From an uncultured Candidatus Saccharibacteria bacterium (GTDB lineage: Bacteria > Patescibacteriota > WWE3 > 9FT-COMBO-53-11): 63,667 nt of DNA. The DNA is taken from assembly GCA_964348395.1 (NCBI GenBank), contig CAYGCK010000003.1:26095-89761 (forward strand), read 5' to 3'. The notes beneath the pieces were generated by a model, which did not search any database, was not told where the DNA came from, and saw only the letters and a program-made list of their open reading frames with translations. Position 1 is the first letter of the stretch; each line of letters starts with the position of its first letter. The position numbers were made by a program, and so were the translations under genes. Positions 56,744 through 63,667 of the stretch are shown piece after piece.

Positions 56744-56837
56744 CTTAACCTCCTTTCCTTCGAATTTCGAACCCTGCAATCCACCTGGGGCGGACTCTAG
56801 GGTTCGCCCAAGCTGATAATGATAATCACCTTGGGCG

Positions 56838-57065
56838 CTACTGGGAGAGCATCTTCCGCAAAGCGAAAAACGCCATCCGCGTATCTTTTGCTTCTCCGAG
56901 CGAGGATAGTTCGACTCGTCCCTCTCGAAGAAGCTGCTCGCAAAGGGTCCTCTCGGGATCCGTCGAGCCGTCGGAAATCTTCGAAAGCTTACTGATATGG
57001 CGTCGAAGAAGTCGGCGAGCTTTCCAACCGGCGAGCCCGGTCGGAAGAACGATTCTCTCGTTCAT
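56838..57065 (-). CDS. hypothetical protein, 75 aa (helical)
   Basis: MNERIVLPTGLAGWKARRLLRRHISKLS..., with GAAGGGAGAG upstream. It is the 3' third of the 190-aa ORF in the track. Confidence 0.4.
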   Translation of the reverse strand: MNERIVLPTGLAGWKARRLLRRHISKLSKISDGSTDPERTLCEQLLREGRVELSSLGEAKDTRMAFFALRKMLSQ

Positions 57066-57181
57066 GGGTTCTCTCCCTTCTTTTTTGAGATTGGGAACCC
57101 AGCGGCTTCCCAAACCTGGTTGAGAAGCCCTTGGGTTCTCCCGACTTACGCGTATAGCGTGTCGGGAGAGGGGCGGTGACC

Positions 57182-57385
57182 CTATTGGATCAAACCGAGC
57201 TTCCGGGCGTGGTCGGGATTCAGGGTCAAGTCGCGGCCGCTCACGGTGGAGGCGATCACGTAGGTCTTTCCCTGATCGACGATTCGTCCAGTGAACTCGG
57301 ACCGGTCGAGAGGTTGTTTCCGGAGAGCTTGGACCTCTGCCGAGAACCATCCGCGACCGTCTTTCCCGTAGAATCCGGTCTTCAT
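57182..57385 (-). CDS. hypothetical protein, 67 aa
   Basis: MKTGFYGKDGRGWFSAEVQ..., with GGAAAGGA upstream of the ATG at 57385. Confidence 0.4.
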   Translation of the reverse strand: MKTGFYGKDGRGWFSAEVQALRKQPLDRSEFTGRIVDQGKTYVIASTVSGRDLTLNPDHARKLGLIQ

Positions 57386-57539
57386 GACATATCCTTTCCC
57401 CACACCACATTCCGTGGCCGGCGGGAATTATTTGTCAGGAGAGTTTCCCGTGACGGTAAACCTCTCCTGAACCCTTGAGATGCTCGAGAGCTCGAGAAAG
57501 GAGCTTGGATCTGGGCTAGTACCGGACCCAAGCTTGGTG

Positions 57540-57713
57540 TTACTGGGTGATCCGAGAAGCGTAGTATGCCTGTTCCAGCTTCCCACGCCCCATCTGGATC
57601 TTGATTGCCTCGGTGGTCCAACCCCCCTTGAGGAGAGACGCGACCATCGAAGCTATTTGGGGACCCTTCTCCTTGAGGAGACGGTCCACGAAACGATCCT
57701 CACTGCGGTTCAT
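57540..57713 (-). CDS. hypothetical protein, 57 aa
   Basis: MNRSEDRFVDRLLKEKGPQIASMV..., with CAGGAG upstream of the ATG at 57713. Confidence 0.4.
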   Translation of the reverse strand: MNRSEDRFVDRLLKEKGPQIASMVASLLKGGWTTEAIKIQMGRGKLEQAYYASRITQ

Positions 57714-58063
57714 CTTTAACACTCCTGATAAGGTCTTACCTACCAACCGGATTGTTGGTGGGCTCTCCAGAACCCACCTGAGGCGGACTCTGGAGAGAAT
57801 TATTCGGTTTTCAAGGTACTAAACAGAAAAGCCGAGCCCTAGTCTTGAGGTCAAGATCTAGGTAGGGGTAGATCCGCTCGAAACCAGAGCTCGGCTTTTT
57901 GCCTTGCCAGTTGCCTTAGCAACTTAATATTATAATAACATATTATAGGATAGAGTCAAGTGTTTTTGCACGGTTAGGAACTCCGCCCCACGATTAGTTA
58001 TTCGCCAGAGGCGAACATGGCTCCTTGAGTTATTCAACGAAAGGGCCTTATAATCAAACAGGA

Positions 58064-60181
58064 ATGGCTAGACGGTACAGACGGCGAAAACTAAAGTTCA
58101 ACATCAAAGACGACAGCTTCCAATCCACCGTAGGAGTAGTTCTGTTGGTTTTTGCGGCGCTTGCTATCCTCTCATTTTTTGGCCAAGCGGCCGGGTTTGG
58201 CTCTTTTCTGCAAGATCTTTTAAATAAGCTATTTGGTTGGGGTGTCATTCTTGTCCCAATAGTCTGCGCGGTTTTGGGTTTAGTTCTTCTTCGGCTTGGA
58301 ATTAAAATTCCTTTTATTGAGTTAAGAACCGTTTATGGGTTGGCGATTTTTTCGCTCGCGCTTCTCGGACTTTTTCACTTTTTTACTCCAAAAGAACGCG
58401 CTTATTTTGAGGCCGCTACCTTGGGCCAAGGAGGAGGGCTTGTTGGATACTATCTTCAGCTTGTATTAAAGAGGATTTTCTCCTCAATCGGCGCCTTCTT
58501 AATCCTCTCATCTTCACTTGTGATAGGGACCCTAATAACCCTAAATACCTCTCTTGACGAAGCGCTCTACTACATCTCGCAAGTGGCAAAGAAAGCGAGC
58601 GAATTCCTAAAAGCGAATCTTTGGAAGGGCTCTGTTGCAAAGGAGGAAACGGTTGAGGGGCGATTCCAAAAGGATGTATCTAAAGAGGAGGGGCCGAAAG
58701 ATAAAGAAAACGCCGAGGAGATTGAAATCTCTGTCCCCTATACCTCCCCAACCACAAAGGTCATTGCACCAAAGCGAAGGGTTAAGTGGGAATACCCCTC
58801 ACTTGATATCCTCCACGACCCTCCAGACGGCGGGGCCGACCGGGGTGATATCGAAAAAAACGCCGAGCTTATCGAGCAAACTCTTGAATCCTTTGGAGTA
58901 AGGGCGCGGGTCGCCGACGTTAATCTCGGACCCACGGTCACCCAATACGCGCTTGAAGCGGGGCGGGGAACCAAACTCGCCGCCATAACCAACCTCTCCT
59001 CGGACTTGGCTCTGGCTTTAGCGTCCAAGACAGGAACGGTTAGAATCGAGGCACCTATCCCAGGAAAATCGCAGGTTGGAGTCGAGGTTCCGAATCCCAA
59101 ACCGGCCCTCGTAACACTCAAGGAAATTCTCACCTCCAATAAAATGACCGAGGACTTGAGCAAAATCGCCATCGCTTTAGGGAAGGATGTTTCCGGGGAG
59201 TCGATTGTGGACGATATTGCCAACATGCCCCACGTCTTGATAGCCGGGGCGACTGGTTCCGGAAAATCCATTATGCTTCGGGCGATGCTCGCGAGCATTC
59301 TATTTCGCTCCTCGCCTGATGAGGTTCGATTAATCCTGGTTGACCCCAAACGGGTGGAGTTTTCGAACTTTAGCGGTATCCCCCACCTTCTTATGCCGGT
59401 CATCGTGGACCCGGAGAAAACCTTACCCGCGCTAAAGTGGACGCTGGGCGAGATGAACAAGCGTTACAAAACCCTGCAGGAAGCCGGAGCCCGGGATATC
59501 GCAGACTATAATGCCAAGGCGGAGGAAAAAATCCCTTATGTTTTGGTCGTAGTTGACGAGCTAGCCGACATAATGGTCATCGCCCCCGCCGAGGTAGAGA
59601 AAGCCGTCACCCGCATTGCGCAGATGGCTCGAGCCACGGGAATCCACCTGGTCCTGGCAACTCAGCGCCCCTCAACCGACGTTTTGACTGGGCTTATTAA
59701 GGCGAACATACCCTGCCGAATCGCCTTCAACGTAACCTCGCAGGTCGATTCCCGCGTGATTATAGATATGCCGGGCGCCGAAAAACTTTTGGGGAAGGGG
59801 GACATGCTCTACCTTCCACCCGACCGCTCAAAACCGATAAGAATCCAGTCGCCATTTGTATCCAACGAGGAGATGAAACGCCTTATAGAATTTATGAAAA
59901 ATTCGGGTTGGGCGCCGGATTATATCGAGGAGGAGGTTGAGACTATCGAACGGGAAGTCGAAAGACTAGGAGAACCGTCGGATCCCCTCTTTAAAGATGC
60001 TGTAGATGTCGTTACCCAGTACGAGCGCGCCTCGGCGTCGCTTCTGCAGCGCAGACTCTCCATAGGATACGCCCGAGCCGCGCGAATTCTGGATGAGCTT
60101 GAGGAGAGGGGTATCGTAGGCCCGCAGGAGGGAAGCAAGCCTAGAGAGGTCCTGATCCGCGACCCCGGAGACGTTCTCTAA
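58064..60181 (+). CDS. ftsK: DNA translocase FtsK/SpoIIIE
   Basis: N-terminal 4-TM region, Walker A (AGATGSGKS), VVVDELADIM, and a C-terminal gamma wHTH (LLQRRLSIGYARAARILDELEERGIVGP). The ORF track's TTG is at 58025, but I prefer the ATG at 58064. Confidence 0.93.
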   Translation: MARRYRRRKLKFNIKDDSFQSTVGVVLLVFAALAILSFFGQAAGFGSFLQDLLNKLFGWGVILVPIVCAVLGLVLLRLGIKIPFIELRTVYGLAIFSLALLGLFHFFTPKERAYFEAATLGQGGGLVGYYLQLVLKRIFSSIGAFLILSSSLVIGTLITLNTSLDEALYYISQVAKKASEFLKANLWKGSVAKEETVEGRFQKDVSKEEGPKDKENAEEIEISVPYTSPTTKVIAPKRRVKWEYPSLDILHDPPDGGADRGDIEKNAELIEQTLESFGVRARVADVNLGPTVTQYALEAGRGTKLAAITNLSSDLALALASKTGTVRIEAPIPGKSQVGVEVPNPKPALVTLKEILTSNKMTEDLSKIAIALGKDVSGESIVDDIANMPHVLIAGATGSGKSIMLRAMLASILFRSSPDEVRLILVDPKRVEFSNFSGIPHLLMPVIVDPEKTLPALKWTLGEMNKRYKTLQEAGARDIADYNAKAEEKIPYVLVVVDELADIMVIAPAEVEKAVTRIAQMARATGIHLVLATQRPSTDVLTGLIKANIPCRIAFNVTSQVDSRVIIDMPGAEKLLGKGDMLYLPPDRSKPIRIQSPFVSNEEMKRLIEFMKNSGWAPDYIEEEVETIEREVERLGEPSDPLFKDAVDVVTQYERASASLLQRRLSIGYARAARILDELEERGIVGPQEGSKPREVLIRDPGDVL

Positions 60182-60212
60182 CAGCTAGTATATTTGTTAT
60201 CCTGAAATAGGT

Positions 60213-60509
60213 ATGAATAACACACTCCTTCTTGTTATCATCGCGCTTCTGACGGTAAACATTCTTTTTGTCGGACTCTACATCGTTCTCGTGCTTAAAG
60301 AAATACGTCAATCGGTCATGAAAGTTAACCGCATCTTGGATAGCTTATCCTCCATCTCCTCCGCCATAGCCAGCCCCGTCTCCCAAGCACCGGGGGTAAT
60401 ATCCGCGGTCGTCGAGGGCATAAAAGCGGTCAAATCAATCCAAGACTCACTTACGAAAAAGAAGAAGGTAGAGGTTTTAAGCGAAGCGGAAGATGAGGGA
60501 ACAACATAG
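60213..60509 (+). CDS. DUF948-like membrane protein
   Basis: 98 aa with an N-terminal TM followed by a helical region (LKEIRQSVMKVNRILDSLSS). It is paired with a YtxH-like gene, as in Firmicutes. Confidence 0.5.
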   Translation: MNNTLLLVIIALLTVNILFVGLYIVLVLKEIRQSVMKVNRILDSLSSISSAIASPVSQAPGVISAVVEGIKAVKSIQDSLTKKKKVEVLSEAEDEGTT

Positions 60510-60900
60510 CAGTAATTCTGCCAACTCATTCGTCATAGGGTTTATCGCGGGGGTGATATTCGGGCTTCTCTACGCACCCAAAAAAGGCGAGGAGACCAGG
60601 GCCCAGCTTAAGGAGATTTTGGAAGCTTTGGGGGAACAGGTGGAAGGGGTAAAGGAAAAGGCCGCACCGGTGGTTGAGCAGGCCAAACAGGAGATCACCC
60701 CTATTATCGAGGAGATGAAGCCAATAGTTCAGGAGGAGAAAGAGCGAATAGAGAGCGAGGTGCGAGAGAAGGTTGAAAAAGAGGTTGAGCCCAAGGTAGA
60801 AAAAGCAAAAGAGGAACTGGATCACGCCGTCCAAGCCGCAAGAGAGCAAGTCCGCGAAAACCTATCCAAACGCCGTCCCCAATACTTTCGCGGTGTTTAG
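60493..60900 (+). CDS. YtxH domain-containing protein
   Basis: FVIGFIAGVIFGLLYAPKKGEETRAQLKE is the YtxH signature, followed by a Glu/Lys-rich coiled region. Confidence 0.7.
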   Translation: MREQHSSNSANSFVIGFIAGVIFGLLYAPKKGEETRAQLKEILEALGEQVEGVKEKAAPVVEQAKQEITPIIEEMKPIVQEEKERIESEVREKVEKEVEPKVEKAKEELDHAVQAAREQVRENLSKRRPQYFRGV

Positions 60901-61016
60901 CCGCGAAAGCACCGTCGGCGCGCTGCCTTTATCACGCACCAGAGCAAGCTCGGTGCGGGAGTAGTGATTTTTGCAAAAATCGCGTCCGACCAAGTTCGGA
61001 ATATCAAGAAACAAAA

Positions 61017-61139
61017 CTGTCTCGGCAACGATCTACTCTCCCGCCGCACAAGGCGACAGTACCATCAACGCTGGTGACTTTTACGACCCTGTTCGGAATG
61101 GTAAGGGGTAGAACATCACCGCCCCAGTCACCGAGACAG
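61017..61139 (-). rRNA. rrf: 5S ribosomal RNA
   Basis: The reverse complement contains ...GGCGGTGATGTTCTACCCCTTACCATTCCGAACAGGGTCGTAAAAGTCACC...GCGGCGGGAGAGTAGATCG..., with the terminal helix CTGTCTCGG/CCGAGACAG. The ends are approximate. Confidence 0.85.
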
Positions 61140-61194
61140 TTTTGTCGGTGATTGTTTCAAATCACCAAGGCAAGAGAAACTAATAGCGGAAAAG

Positions 61195-63667
<2,473 letters not shown>

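Noticed and set aside
56838-57410. A 190-aa Arg-rich ORF spanning two island genes.
   Set aside because: Its N-terminal two thirds overlap the better-supported 67-aa gene in another frame and the structured spacer. Only the last 75 codons have an RBS and protein-like composition.
55049-57800. Whether the island is a prophage, an integrative element or a diversity-generating retroelement.
   Set aside because: I found no integrase, recombinase, reverse transcriptase, capsid or terminase-like ORF, and no template/variable repeat pair. Only weak boundary evidence exists (a 12-nt inverted match). I keep it as an orphan-gene island of unknown nature.
57865-57872. GGGGTAGA on the plus strand, matching the first 8 nt of the tmRNA-like gene, as a possible att-site duplication.
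   Set aside because: An 8-mer match is expected by chance several times in 64 kb, and the similarity does not extend in the same orientation.

Overview
This window appears to come from a small-genome, CPR/Patescibacteria-like bacterium. That is an inference from there being no L30 gene between rpsE and rplO, from reduced L15 and L3, and from many compact overlapping genes. Almost everything is on the minus strand.

Gene content, left to right:
- 1-15150: recJ (partial), secDF, RNase P RNA, an AI-2E transporter, nfi, hup, ymdB-rny-recA, tRNA-Pro(GGG), sodA and thpR.
- 15151-44881: a nearly complete ribosomal super-operon (S9/L13, L17-rpoA-S4-S11-S13-L36-infA-map-adk-secY-L15...L3, then S10-tuf-fusA, S7-S12, rpoC-rpoB). 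Non-ribosomal genes interrupt it in three places.
- 45003-54959: mltG, mgtC, ruvX, a cluster of nucleic-acid enzymes (DUF763, a DHH phosphoesterase, a Cas4-like nuclease), an ftsA-like gene and a short alaS.
- 58064-63667: ftsK, 5S rRNA and about 2.47 kb of 23S rRNA running off the right edge.

The most unusual region is 55.0-57.9 kb, a string of small orphan ORFs that look more GC-rich by eye. They have strong AAGGAGG-type ribosome-binding sites and long structured spacers. Embedded in it are two back-to-back tRNA-like RNA genes:
- A 133-nt tmRNA-like element with a complete alanine-type tRNA-like domain but almost no mRNA-like domain.
- A 129-nt element with a 9-bp acceptor stem and a canonical T arm, but a non-tRNA body.

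A 38-codon ORF ends with its stop codon inside the acceptor stem of the tmRNA-like element.

Other notable points:
- Two degenerate, in-frame, translationally coupled copies of the rpmJ 5' end sit upstream of rpmJ.
- rplC has its own promoter and a leader with an intrinsic terminator, because rpsJ has been separated from it.
- L15 is truncated and L24 carries a zinc ribbon.
- The 23S rRNA carries an AT-rich expansion segment.

I recognised no CRISPR array, integrase, transposase or reverse transcriptase. RNA gene ends and all regulatory calls are by-eye estimates.
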